A stretch of DNA of 64,000 nt from Methanobacteriota archaeon (GCA_016214785.1 JACRNV010000056.1:6843-70842), one strand, 5' to 3'; positions 19,803-28,718 are shown, counted from the first letter of the stretch. Notes: generated from the letters alone by a model not told the origin. Numbers and translations: made by a program.

Positions 19803-20933
19803 ATGCGTTTCGAGGAAGCGAGACTCTCTCCCGAGGTCCTGAGAGCTGTGGGGGAGCTGAAGTACGAACAGATGACGGAGATACAGGAGCTCGTGATACC
19901 CCGCGCCATGAAGGGCGAGGACGTCATCGGGCACTCCGCGACCGGGTCCGGCAAGACCGCGGCCTTCGCCATTCCCATTCTCGAGAAGATAGACCGCAAG
20001 GGCGGGTTGCAGGCGCTGGTCATATCCCCTACGAGGGAGCTGGCGCTGCAGATAACGGAGATGACCGAGCAGCTCGGCAAGTACACCGGCGTCCGCGTGG
20101 CCACGCTCTACGGTGGCGTGTCCCTGAACCCGCAGTTCGACGCCGTGCGCATATCGCAGATTGCCGTCGGCACGCCCGGGCGGCTCCTGGACCACCTCCA
20201 GCGCAGGACGCTCGACCTCCGGAACCTCAAGATACTCGTCATCGACGAGGGCGACCGCCTCCTGGACATGGGCTTTTTACCTGACGTTGGCCGCATACTC
20301 AGGCAGTGCCCGAAGCAGCGCCAGACGCTGCTCTTCAGCGCGACCGTCCCCGAGGAGGTCAAGCGAATCATCAACAGCTTCATGGTCAACCCCGTTTATC
20401 TTTCCTCGGTGAAGAAGACCGAAGAGCCGAAGATACAGCAGTTCTACATGGAAGTAGACAGGCGCAAGAAGATATACGCCATCGAGCACATCCTCATGAA
20501 GGAGAGGCCCCCATCCGCAATCATATTCTGCAACACCCAGCACATGGTCCACAGGCTCGCCCAGCAGCTCCAGAGGATGCGCTTCCCGGCGGCGGGCATC
20601 CACGGCGGCCTGACGCAGGCCGAGCGCACGCGCGTGATGGACAGGTTCAAGTCCGGGGACGTGCGGGTGCTCGTGGCCACCGACGTGGCCGCAAGAGGGC
20701 TGGACATCAGCGGCATCAGCCACATCATCAACTACGACATCCCCAATTCCGCCGACGATTACACGCACAGGATAGGCCGGACGGCCCGCGCGGGCAAGAC
20801 CGGCAAGGCCTACTCCCTCATAGACCAGGAGGACAGGCAGAACATGTCTGTCATCATGCAGGAGAGGGAGGAGCTTATAAGGGTGGACGCGGGAAGGGCT
20901 GCGCCGCCAAGGATACAGGGCGACTACACATAG
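19803..20933 (+). CDS. DEAD-box ATP-dependent RNA helicase (motif II reads DEGD)
   Basis: Q-motif (…F.E..L…EIQ), motif I (ATGSGKT), Ia (PTRELA), II (VIDEGDRLL), III (SAT), VI (HRIGRTARAG). Confidence 0.93.
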   Translation: MRFEEARLSPEVLRAVGELKYEQMTEIQELVIPRAMKGEDVIGHSATGSGKTAAFAIPILEKIDRKGGLQALVISPTRELALQITEMTEQLGKYTGVRVATLYGGVSLNPQFDAVRISQIAVGTPGRLLDHLQRRTLDLRNLKILVIDEGDRLLDMGFLPDVGRILRQCPKQRQTLLFSATVPEEVKRIINSFMVNPVYLSSVKKTEEPKIQQFYMEVDRRKKIYAIEHILMKERPPSAIIFCNTQHMVHRLAQQLQRMRFPAAGIHGGLTQAERTRVMDRFKSGDVRVLVATDVAARGLDISGISHIINYDIPNSADDYTHRIGRTARAGKTGKAYSLIDQEDRQNMSVIMQEREELIRVDAGRAAPPRIQGDYT

Positions 20934-20954
20934 GGGCATTCTCCCGCCGGTACT

Positions 20955-21180
20955 TGCTGGGAATCGAATTCCCCTATCACCCCGGACGAAAATTGTTCTT
21001 CAGGGCATGCTTCGTCGATAATTTTGACAATCGATGCCCTTATGTAAATCCTTTTGGGGGTCAAGGGGGATTTCCGAAGAAATCCCCTTGGTCGAAAGGA
21101 TTCTCACCGTCGCCGCATGCTATCGAGTGCTCACTACCATACCGCATGCGGCTGGGTTCGAATCCTTGGCTGGGAATCAA
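20955..21180. repeat. Palindrome- and repeat-dense intergenic block carrying a ~50-nt copy of the tRNA-Ala intron hairpin (21047-21095)
   Basis: Flanked by the direct repeats cttgctgggaatcga (20955) and cttggctgggaatcaa (21167). Contains the GGGAATCGAATTCCC palindrome, the hairpin gggggtcaagggggatttccgaagaaatccccttg (~85% identical to 61741-61790), two copies of the self-complementary CCGCATGCGG (21112-21121, 21142-21151), and a T-arm-like GGGTTCGAATCC (21154-21165). Confidence 0.55.
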
Positions 21181-21199
21181 CTGTTAAAATAAATGGGTG

Positions 21200-21272
21200 C
21201 GCCGTCGACAGGATTCGAACCTGTGACCTGCTGATTAACAGTCAGCCGCTCCACCGACTGAGCTACGACGGC
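21200..21272 (-). tRNA. tRNA-Asn (anticodon GTT)
   Basis: Reverse complement folds as GCCGTCG-TA-GCTC-AGTCGGTG-GAGC-G-GCTGA-CTGTTAA-TCAGC-AGGTC-ACAGG-TTCGAAT-CCTGT-CGACGGC-G, a 73-nt cloverleaf. CCA is not encoded. Confidence 0.85.
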
Positions 21273-21367
21273 AGTTCATGGCGAGTGATAAGGGGTTTGT
21301 CAGCCGCGCCCGAGGTGGTCGAGCCACCGAGGCGCGGGCCCTCGTCGATGGCACAGGGGGCCTAGCG

Positions 21368-21388
21368 CACCGACTGAGCTACGACGGC
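21368..21388 (-). repeat. Exact 21-nt duplicate of the tRNA-Asn 5' end (acceptor stem through D-loop)
   Basis: caccgactgagctacgacggc occurs at 21252-21272 (within the tRNA) and again at 21368-21388, 95 nt upstream of the gene in tRNA orientation. The sequences diverge immediately after D-loop position 21. Confidence 0.7.
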
Positions 21389-21482
21389 ACAGTGTCAAAT
21401 GGCCTATAATCCAAAGGGGGATTTAAGTTTATGCCAGTCTGCAACTGTATAAGGGGTAGTTATCGACCTTCAATTAGATCGC

Positions 21483-21737
21483 TTACCGTGTCCACTTCAG
21501 CTCTTTCACCGGTATGGCCAGCGCCGTGCTGACTTCCGCCACAGAGCCGAACTGCGACACGAACTCGGCCGCCAGCGACTCCGACCTGGCGTCGAATACC
21601 ACGACCGCGTCCGGCTTGCCGAACAGGCCCAGGAACTCCTTTATCTCCACCCCGTCGGGTATCTTCGAGTGCTTGAGCATGCGCACGGTCTCGTCAAACT
21701 TCCCCGGCATCGCCCTTATCGTCGAAACAAAGAGCAT
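21483..21737 (-). CDS. Small alpha+beta protein, GYD-domain / stand-alone Lrp-AsnC ligand-binding (RAM)-like
   Basis: 84 aa; MLFVSTIRAMPGKFDE…GKPDAVVVFDARSESLAAEFVSQFGSVAEVSTALAIPV pattern. Upstream aaatatatg TATA-like box. Confidence 0.5.
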   Translation of the reverse strand: MLFVSTIRAMPGKFDETVRMLKHSKIPDGVEIKEFLGLFGKPDAVVVFDARSESLAAEFVSQFGSVAEVSTALAIPVKELKWTR

Positions 21738-21795
21738 CTAGTCCACCTATGACAAATATATGCAGGGGGGAGTATATTAACCTATTGAAGGGGCG

Positions 21796-24700
21796 CTACT
21801 CCAAACGTGCCCTGCGCCTGCGGCTGAAGGCTATGCCAACCGAGACCATGATGAAAAGCATCGGCGCCGCCACGCCGGAGAACTCGGGGGCGTAGTAGAC
21901 GTAGGGGCCAGCCTCAGCAGCAGCGCCATTTCCTGGCGGCACTGTTTCGCTTGGAGCTTGGGCGATCCACCAGTAAGTGCCGCTCGCTGGAAGCGGAGTG
22001 GATGGTGTCCAAGTACCATCTACTGTAGAGTCAGTTCCCCAGTAAGTCCATGTAGCGCCATTATCGTTTGAACGATAGATATAGACTTGTCCAGGATATC
22101 CTGTCCATTGGTACGTGATGTCAGGATAAGCATTAGTAGAGCCACCCGAATTATTTGTGCCGGTGGCAAGCGCGGTGTCGTCCGCAAGCAAGTAGATACA
22201 CTTTGAGTAACCATATGTGTAGAACTTTTGCGCAGGGTTCGCGGAGCCATTCCAACACCATTTCTGTCTCAATGCATAATACCCACTACCCGGAAATGTT
22301 GTATCGTTGTATTGCCACGTAGCGTTCGCATTCTTGGTCATATCGCCTAGATATGTCCCTAAATTCGTTGGGTCAATCGGATTGGCGCTGTACCATACGC
22401 CATAGCCATAGTCCATCCATGATTGCTCGATGCCATGGTAGGGAGCAGAGACATTGCCCACTCCGATAAGGGCCCATGTCTTGTTGCACCCCCAATTGAT
22501 TGGGGTGTGTATCATCTCGAGGACAACGCTACCCATGAAATCAGAGGCTGCGTTCGACATTGCCTGTTCTGTCATTGCGCTGTAGTTGTAGCCATCGCTC
22601 GAGTTCGTGTAGAATACCTCGGTGCACTGCACTACGTAGTCGCCCGGGTTCCAGACAGCCCAGCGATTACCAATGTCTGCCGAAACCCTTGAACGGTACG
22701 GCGGTGTGCCTGCCACGTCGCTCCTGTTCCTCCATGTCTGCGGGAAGTTGTCATTTGGAGGGACGCCTGGGACTGATGAGTACCCCATGAAACAAACGGT
22801 TTCGGTGAAGGGATTGCCTGTTGACCATGCACCTTTTGTAACATCCCATGTGTATGTTATTCCGTTCGCAACGTCGTCGGCCGTGTTTGGCAATGCGTCT
22901 GGTCCAACCAGGACGTATCTTGTTCCGATGCCATTAGTACCGTTCATCGAATCGTATATCTGATTCGAAATCGTGTGTGCAGGAGCATTTACCACCGGCG
23001 GGTTGTCCTGCCTCGTCCCCGTCGCCCTCGCCACCGCCCCTATCGCCGCCGCATCGTCCCTTATCCCCGCCCAGTCCGTGGTCTCGATGTAGAGCTGGAT
23101 GCCCGCGCCGCTGCTGCCTATCTGCGCGAACGGCACGCCGGCCTCGAGCTGGTTGCCCCCCTTCTCGGCCTGGATGTCTGCGATGAAGCTCATCCCTGGG
23201 TATGAGAGGAGCTGGCGGGACGTGACCTTTCCTCCGTAGCCCTTTATCTGGATGCAGCAGTCGGCGTTTATCCCGCCGATGGGAGCGCCCTGGTTGGCCG
23301 CGCTGTCTATGTAGATGCGCGTGACGTCCTCGCCAGTTAACCTTGGAGAGTAAACCGTAGTCACATTGGTTGTCACATTGGTCGTGCCGTTCGTGGTCGC
23401 GTTCGTCGTAGCGTTGGACGGCGGCGCTGGCACCGACCTCACTCTCATGACCGGCGAGAAGCCGCCCTCGAGCGCCCTGCCCGCGGAGTTGAAGCGCACG
23501 TACGCATAGAGGCTCCCCGAGTCCGTCGTCCCCGCGCGCTCGACGACGTCGACGTTCGGGTCGGCGGCGTCGGCCGGGTCCGAGGCCTTGGTGACGCCGT
23601 TCCAATCGGCGAAGGCGCCGTCTATGGATATGCCTGCCGGTGCAGCGCGCACGTACGCCGCCAGGGGCTCGCCTTCGATCGAGCTTGGCCCGCTGGCGCT
23701 CACCGACGCGACGCCGGCCTTCACCAGCGTGCCGTCGTTGAGGTTCGCTATCTGCCCTATGACCGTGAGGTTGTTTCCCGTCCCCGCGCGCAGCGTCATG
23801 CCGGTGCCGAGGCCCGACACCGTCGTCGATGGGACCCCCGCGCTGCTCATCTGGATGCTGTTGACCGTCACATCCCTGCCGACGGCCATCAGGCTCAGCG
23901 TCGCGAGGTTGTCCGAGCTCAGGACGCCGTTCGTCCCCAGCGGGCTTTGCGTCACCACGAGGGCGCCGTTCGCGCCGTCGGCTATCGGCGCGCACATCTC
24001 GCCTGTGTTGTTGTCGCCCGCGCTGGCGAACCTCGCCCTGTAGCTGCCCGGCGTCAGGGTCGTCCCGAGGAAGGAGCCGAACTCCATTCTCGTACCGGAC
24101 GCCTTGGCCTTGCTCGACGATACGTGCGAGAGGGCGCTCCAGTTCAGCTGGTCTGCGCCCGTGAAGCGGCCGGCCTCGACGCTGAGCGTCCCGCCCCTCC
24201 AGCCCCAGACCTCGATGGCGTAGTTGGCCCCGATGCCGCCGATGGAGTATCCTGTGTTCGCGTTCGAATCGGAATCTATGAAGACCAGGAACCTGTCGGC
24301 CTGGAGCCGGTCGAAGATGTCCCCGCGCGTGCTGACGTAGCCGTAGACGGTATCTCCCTCCGAGGCTATGGAGAAGTCCCTGATGTCCAGCGCCGCGTCC
24401 TGCGCCGTCCTGATGTCCTGGTAGACGAGCTTCGTCGCCCAGTCGTCGAACCCGCCGTCCACGTCGACGAACTTCGGCGCGGCCGGAGGCGGGACCATGA
24501 GGACGTAAATCCCTGGCAGTATGACGATGAATGCGACTATCAACAGGACCCACAGGACCTTCGGCGGCAGCGTCCTTCGCCTCTGCTGGAGCCTCCTGCC
24601 GGACGGCGATATTGCATCGCCGTTCGTCAGGCCGTTGGTCAGGCCGTTCGTGAGGCCGTTGACCCACCCGTTGGTGCGCCCGGCGCCGTTGGTGACGCCG

Positions 24701-25272
24701 TTCGTCCTCCCATTGGTCTGGCCCCTGCCGTTCGTGAGCCCGCTGGCCATGCCGTTCGTCCGGCCGCCGCGGCCGTTCGTCAGGCCGTTGGTGCGCCCTA
24801 GCCCGTTCGTCCTGCCGCGGTCGCGCTTCCCCGTCTCCTTCTTCTGCTCCTCGATTGGCGCGCCGCTCGTGAGTCCCTCGCTTTTCTCGTCCCCCTCCAC
24901 CTCCTCTATCAGGCTGTAGAGGTCCTCGATTGCCATGGCCGCCTTCTCCTCGGAGGACATGGCTTCGAGCTTCTCCGGGGGCATGTCCCGGGCCGGCGCG
25001 CGGGGCCTCATGCCCTTCGATTCGCCTTCTATGTCCGGGTAAACGCTCTTGATCTCGTCTATTAATGAATCGACGTCGGCCTCCGTAGGCTCCGACGTGT
25101 CAATGAAGGTGGTGAGCTGGTCAAGCTGTGCTTCCGCCTCCTCGGCCTCGGACCTGGGCCTCGGCGGCACTTCCGGCGTGGCCCGCTCGGCCCCTAGCCC
25201 GGGCTCGGGCGCCTCCCCCTGCAATAGGGCTTCCTCTACCTCCTGCCGCTTTCTCCTGCTACGCTTGCTCAT
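21796..25272 (-). CDS. Giant (1,159 aa) membrane-anchored surface glycoprotein with N-terminal acidic/'TNG'-repeat region, internal TM, large sequon-rich ectodomain and PEF-CTERM-like C-terminal anchor
   Basis: Start MSKRSRRKRQ at ATG 25270-25272, downstream of an AT-rich promoter. (L/R)TNG repeats. TM VLWVLLIVAFIVILPGIYVLMV. >40 N-x-S/T sequons. C-terminus …YYAPEFSGVAAPMLFIMVSVGIAFSRRRRARLE is a PEF/PGF-CTERM-like tripartite signal. The 577-aa ORF in another frame is GC noise. Confidence 0.75.
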   Translation of the reverse strand: MSKRSRRKRQEVEEALLQGEAPEPGLGAERATPEVPPRPRSEAEEAEAQLDQLTTFIDTSEPTEADVDSLIDEIKSVYPDIEGESKGMRPRAPARDMPPEKLEAMSSEEKAAMAIEDLYSLIEEVEGDEKSEGLTSGAPIEEQKKETGKRDRGRTNGLGRTNGLTNGRGGRTNGMASGLTNGRGQTNGRTNGVTNGAGRTNGWVNGLTNGLTNGLTNGDAISPSGRRLQQRRRTLPPKVLWVLLIVAFIVILPGIYVLMVPPPAAPKFVDVDGGFDDWATKLVYQDIRTAQDAALDIRDFSIASEGDTVYGYVSTRGDIFDRLQADRFLVFIDSDSNANTGYSIGGIGANYAIEVWGWRGGTLSVEAGRFTGADQLNWSALSHVSSSKAKASGTRMEFGSFLGTTLTPGSYRARFASAGDNNTGEMCAPIADGANGALVVTQSPLGTNGVLSSDNLATLSLMAVGRDVTVNSIQMSSAGVPSTTVSGLGTGMTLRAGTGNNLTVIGQIANLNDGTLVKAGVASVSASGPSSIEGEPLAAYVRAAPAGISIDGAFADWNGVTKASDPADAADPNVDVVERAGTTDSGSLYAYVRFNSAGRALEGGFSPVMRVRSVPAPPSNATTNATTNGTTNVTTNVTTVYSPRLTGEDVTRIYIDSAANQGAPIGGINADCCIQIKGYGGKVTSRQLLSYPGMSFIADIQAEKGGNQLEAGVPFAQIGSSGAGIQLYIETTDWAGIRDDAAAIGAVARATGTRQDNPPVVNAPAHTISNQIYDSMNGTNGIGTRYVLVGPDALPNTADDVANGITYTWDVTKGAWSTGNPFTETVCFMGYSSVPGVPPNDNFPQTWRNRSDVAGTPPYRSRVSADIGNRWAVWNPGDYVVQCTEVFYTNSSDGYNYSAMTEQAMSNAASDFMGSVVLEMIHTPINWGCNKTWALIGVGNVSAPYHGIEQSWMDYGYGVWYSANPIDPTNLGTYLGDMTKNANATWQYNDTTFPGSGYYALRQKWCWNGSANPAQKFYTYGYSKCIYLLADDTALATGTNNSGGSTNAYPDITYQWTGYPGQVYIYRSNDNGATWTYWGTDSTVDGTWTPSTPLPASGTYWWIAQAPSETVPPGNGAAAEAGPYVYYAPEFSGVAAPMLFIMVSVGIAFSRRRRARLE
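24594..24849. repeat. Tandem 12/15-nt repeats (ccgttcgt/ccgttggt + cagg/gagg…) encoding the (G/R/L)TNG peptide repeats
   Basis: …ccgttcgtcaggccgttggtcaggccgttcgtgaggccgttgacccacccgttggtgcgccc… gives ~18 units, read on the minus strand as NG(L/R)TNG. Confidence 0.7.
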
Positions 25273-25299
25273 TTTGCAAAGTCCTCTCTGATAGAAAGA

Positions 25300-25345
25300 G
25301 TAGTAGAACGCTCCCTTTATAATATTATTTCTGTACCATATATAT
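25300..25345 (-). promoter_or_regulatory. AT-rich promoter (TATA/BRE-like) for the giant surface protein gene
   Basis: ttataatattatttctgtaccatatatatattatc lies 30-70 nt upstream of ATG 25272 on the minus strand, in an otherwise 63% GC context. Confidence 0.4.
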
Positions 25346-25346
25346 A

Positions 25347-25748
25347 TTATCTGACTATGAGCACCGGCCTGTCGGAGTGCCTGGCCACGCGCTCGGCCAC
25401 GCTGCCGATGGTGAAGCGCCCTATCTTGCTCGTGCCCGTGGAGCCTATGACGACGTAGCTGCACTTCATCTCCGACGCGAACTTCAGGATTTCTTCCACT
25501 ACGTTCCCTTCCCTGAGCACGCCCATGGCCGTCACGCCGCGCTGCTTCATGAGGTTGATGGCGTCGTTCACGACCTCCTGGGCCTTGGCCTTCGTCACGT
25601 CCGGCGGCAGGCCGGCTATCTCCCCGGGCAGGGCCGCCGGTATCACGTAGAGGACCATGATGTCCTCGTTCTCCGCGCAGACGGCGATGGCGCGCTGCAG
25701 AGCCTTTTTAGCGTCCTCGGAGCCGTCGTAAGCGACTAGAACTGTCAT
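25347..25748 (-). CDS. Universal stress protein (UspA family)
   Basis: Start MTVLVAYDGSEDAKKAL. C-terminal ATP-binding motif …VVIGSTGTSKIGRFTIGSVAERV. 133 aa. Confidence 0.85.
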   Translation of the reverse strand: MTVLVAYDGSEDAKKALQRAIAVCAENEDIMVLYVIPAALPGEIAGLPPDVTKAKAQEVVNDAINLMKQRGVTAMGVLREGNVVEEILKFASEMKCSYVVIGSTGTSKIGRFTIGSVAERVARHSDRPVLIVR

Positions 25749-26284
25749 TGCCCCTCTCCCTTCCTCTCTTCCTTCTCCCTCCTCTCCATGCGTTCCAGGC
25801 TCCTCTGCATCTTTCGCGCGAGGTAGACGAAATAGATGACGAACGGCACGAAGATGAAGACGGAGAACATCACGTCCAGGTGCGTGAGCTGGAGCAATGG
25901 CGTCTCCTTCACCAGAATCATCTTCGGCGCGGTCGCGTTCGTCCCTCCGTCCGCGTCCGAGCAAGCGAAGGAGTAGGTGTTCATCCCGCCCTTCAGGCGC
26001 GTGGAGTAGAAGTAGGCCTTGCCGTCCGAGAAGTTGGAGTCCGCGGCGTCGAACTCCTGCATGTCGTGGGAGTTGCCGTTTATCATGACCCTGACGCTCT
26101 GCGCCGACGCGTTCCCCTGGTAGGTGACCATGAAGACGTAGACGGCGCTGTCGTCCGAGGAGGTCGATGAGACGCCGCCGTTCAGCAGGCGCGGGTCGTC
26201 GGCGCGCGCGGCCGGCGGCATCAAGAGTGCGACCGCGACCAATGCCAGGGTGAATAGCGCCAACATCCTTGCGAGTTTCATCAA
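25745..26284 (-). CDS. Secreted/membrane protein (signal peptide, C-terminal TM, charged tail), co-transcribed with the UspA-family gene
   Basis: MMKLARMLALFTLALVAVALLMPPAARA signal; …VMFSVFIFVPFVIYFVYLARK TM. Its stop overlaps the UspA-family start (ATGA). Confidence 0.6.
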   Translation of the reverse strand: MMKLARMLALFTLALVAVALLMPPAARADDPRLLNGGVSSTSSDDSAVYVFMVTYQGNASAQSVRVMINGNSHDMQEFDAADSNFSDGKAYFYSTRLKGGMNTYSFACSDADGGTNATAPKMILVKETPLLQLTHLDVMFSVFIFVPFVIYFVYLARKMQRSLERMERREKEERKGEGQ

Positions 26285-26394
26285 CGAGCCAATGCCGGGA
26301 GGGAATAAAAGGGTTTGGGGCGGGGTGGATTCATTGGCTGTCTAATCTGGCACTTCCGCAGGTTTATATACCCGAATTAGACTATCCAAATACG

Positions 26395-26691
26395 ATGAAG
26401 GCAAGGGGATTCCAAGCAATTAAATCCACGATAGCGAGGCGCAAGCCGATGCTGGCCAAGAGGTATAAGGTGCGGCGGATCGGCGTTTTCGGCTCATGGG
26501 CGAACAGTAGGGCGAGGCAAAACAGCGACGTCGACGTTCTCGTCGAGCTGTCGGAGCCCATCGGCCTGGAACTGATGGCACTGAAGGAGTACCTCGAAAA
26601 GGCGTTGGGGCGCGAGGTCGACCTTGTCACCGTGAAGGCGCTCAAGCCCGCAATGCGCAAGGGGATTCTGGCGGAGGTCGTTTACGTTTGA
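26395..26691 (+). CDS. Minimal nucleotidyltransferase (MNT) antitoxin of an MNT/HepT pair
   Basis: GS-X9-DxD: …IGVFGSWANSRARQNSDVDVLVEL. TATA-like tttatata ~30 nt upstream. Its stop overlaps the HepT-like start. Confidence 0.85.
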   Translation: MKARGFQAIKSTIARRKPMLAKRYKVRRIGVFGSWANSRARQNSDVDVLVELSEPIGLELMALKEYLEKALGREVDLVTVKALKPAMRKGILAEVVYV

Positions 26692-27035
26692 TAAGGCGCA
26701 CGTCCCAGTACCTGGCGGATATGCTCGACGCCATCGACAAATGCGCATCCTATACTGACGGGCTCGCGTTCGCGCGCTTTTGCAAGGAAGACATGGCTGT
26801 GGACGCGGTGCTCAGGAACCTGGAAATCCTGGGCGAGGCGGCGCGGAACGTGCCCGCTTCCGCCAGGAGGAGGCATCCCGGCGTTCCGTGGTCCCTTCTC
26901 GTAGGCCTGAGGGACGTCGTAATCCACCAATACCACGGCGTCGACCTGGAGAATATCTGGAAGATAGTCAGGGAGGACCTCCCCGCCATACGAAGGCCGC
27001 TGCGTAAGGCTCTCGAAGAGGCCAAGGGGAATTAG
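26688..27035 (+). CDS. HepT-like (DUF86) RNase toxin
   Basis: R-x4-HxY motif (RDVVIHQY); 115 aa; TTG/ATG start overlapping the MNT-type stop. Confidence 0.85.
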   Translation: MIRRTSQYLADMLDAIDKCASYTDGLAFARFCKEDMAVDAVLRNLEILGEAARNVPASARRRHPGVPWSLLVGLRDVVIHQYHGVDLENIWKIVREDLPAIRRPLRKALEEAKGN

Positions 27036-27160
27036 GGGGCTGCATCATTTGGGCAAGGACGACACGGTCACGATCATCGACTACGGCATGGGCAACATCG
27101 GCTCCGGGAACATATAGTTAAAGAAATGCGGTTCCATCGAGAACATGGTCGAGCGCATGG

Positions 27161-27252
27161 GCGGCGCGCCGGGGGCTTCCGCAAGGCCATAGCGGGCGGC
27201 GGGCGCGTCCTTCGTCTTCCACGGGCCGCGCAGGGCGGTGCTGATAACCTAT
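27161..27252. repeat. ~90-nt structured intergenic repeat, copy 1
   Basis: ggcgcgccgggggcttccgcaaggccatagcgggcggcgggcgcgtccttcgtcttccacggg…ctgataacctat. An outer imperfect inverted repeat GCGCGCCCG…CGGGCGCG encloses an inner CCGC…GCGG stem. Confidence 0.7.
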
Positions 27253-27456
27253 CCTGCTAAGACAGAGCTGGAGGGCGCAATTCACGAATTGCGCTAGCGG
27301 AACATGCGGTTCCGCCGGGCGCTGGAGAAGTGAATGTTGCGTTGCATCTCCCAAAATTCATTATATCGTATCGTAAAGCATTCTAGTGGGGCATTGACAT
27401 ACCCCTTTTGTCATGCAAAACGCTTAAGTAGTCCAAAAACATACCTATAACGGACT

Positions 27457-28698
27457 ATGAAAGATATTTATGGTTCGTTGTTCGCCGAATGGAAGGGGAG
27501 GCGCAGGGAGGGCCTGCTGCCCAGGGACAACCCGCTGTCCAAGTACGTGGGGTTCAAACCGAGGAAGATAATCGCCGCCACTGGGCTCAGGCGCGTGGGA
27601 AAGACGTGCATGCTCTACCAGCTCGCCGGGCCGGAGCGGGAGAAGATACTTTACATCAACTTCGACGACGAGCGGGTCCCGGCCCGGACCGAGTTCCTCA
27701 CGGGCTTGGTGCCAGCCATCAAGGACATGCTGGACGTGAGGCCGGGGACGCTCTACCTCGATGAGGTCCACCGCCTGCCGGACTGGAGCCGCTGGCTCAG
27801 GCGAGCATACGACGAGGGCGAGTTCGATATCTTCGTGACGGGCTCGGGGGCGCAGCTGTCCAGCGAGGAGATACCCTACGAGCTGAGGGGCCGGTGCCTG
27901 GAAGTGCGAGTCCGCCCGCTGGCTTACGCCGAGTTCCTCGGTTTCAAGGGCGTCGGCGCGACGACCGCGCTCCTTGAGGAGTACCTGCTGTATGGCGGGA
28001 TGCCCGAGGTCGTCCTGGCCAGCGGGGACGTGAAGCTCGACTTGCTGCGGCAGTACTACGCCACGGTGATAAGGCGGGACATCATCGAGCGGTTCAGGAT
28101 CAGGAACCCCGAGGCGCTGAAGGCCATGCTGAAGCTGCTGGCGAACTCGACGCAGTTCTCGTTCACCAAGCTCTACAACACTATACGTAGCATGCAGATG
28201 AGGGTCGGCAAGGCGGCGGTCATCAGGTACATGTCCCATATCGAGTCATCGTACCTGCTGCGCTCCGTCCCGATCCTGTCGCCGAAGGTCAAGGACCAGA
28301 TGCGCCACCCGAGGAAGGTCTACTTCGAGGACACGGGGTTTGTTTCCGCGCTGTCTACACGCTTTTCCAAGAACTACGGAAGGCTTTGCGAGAACGCGGT
28401 GGCGAACCGGCTCTCGGCGCGGGGCTATACGCTCCACTACTGGAAGTCCACGGATGGGCGCGAGGTCGACTTCGCCGTACGAACCGACGGCGGCGTGGAG
28501 GCCCTGGTCCAGGCGTGCTGGGAGCCCTGGGAGGACTCGACCCTGAAACGGGAGATGTCGGCGCTCGTCACCGCGTCATCGGAGCTGTCTTGCGATGAGC
28601 TGATGGTGGTCACCCGGGACCGCGCCGGGGTCGAGGAGCACCGGGGGAAGAGGATAAGGCTCTTGCGTCTCGGCGACTGGCTGCTCGGCGAGGCCTGA
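27457..28698 (+). CDS. AAA+ ATPase of the COG1373 / DUF4143 family
   Basis: Walker A (TGLRRVGKT), Walker B (LYLDEVH), C-terminal DUF4143-like region. AT-rich promoter upstream. Confidence 0.85.
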   Translation: MKDIYGSLFAEWKGRRREGLLPRDNPLSKYVGFKPRKIIAATGLRRVGKTCMLYQLAGPEREKILYINFDDERVPARTEFLTGLVPAIKDMLDVRPGTLYLDEVHRLPDWSRWLRRAYDEGEFDIFVTGSGAQLSSEEIPYELRGRCLEVRVRPLAYAEFLGFKGVGATTALLEEYLLYGGMPEVVLASGDVKLDLLRQYYATVIRRDIIERFRIRNPEALKAMLKLLANSTQFSFTKLYNTIRSMQMRVGKAAVIRYMSHIESSYLLRSVPILSPKVKDQMRHPRKVYFEDTGFVSALSTRFSKNYGRLCENAVANRLSARGYTLHYWKSTDGREVDFAVRTDGGVEALVQACWEPWEDSTLKREMSALVTASSELSCDELMVVTRDRAGVEEHRGKRIRLLRLGDWLLGEA

Positions 28699-28718
28699 GG
28701 CGGTCGTGACTGCGATCG

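Noticed and set aside
21152-21176. Possible plus-strand tRNA 3' half (GGGTTCGAATCC T-arm-like)
   Set aside because: No matching D-arm or anticodon arm, and no complementary 5' acceptor strand, could be assembled. It is kept only as part of the repeat-rich block.
21054-21365. 103-aa ORF 21054..21365 (+)
   Set aside because: It runs straight through tRNA-Asn and the palindromic repeat block, and its translation is Arg/Ser-rich with no coding bias.
22934-24667. 577-aa ORF in another frame of the giant surface-protein gene
   Set aside because: Translation is Arg/Gly/Asp/Glu-rich nonsense. The chosen frame shows a TM, sequons and a CTERM signal.
24594-24849. CRISPR-like appearance of the short tandem repeats
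   Set aside because: Units are 12-15 nt, contiguous without spacers, and in frame within a protein (encoding TNG repeats). This is not a CRISPR array.
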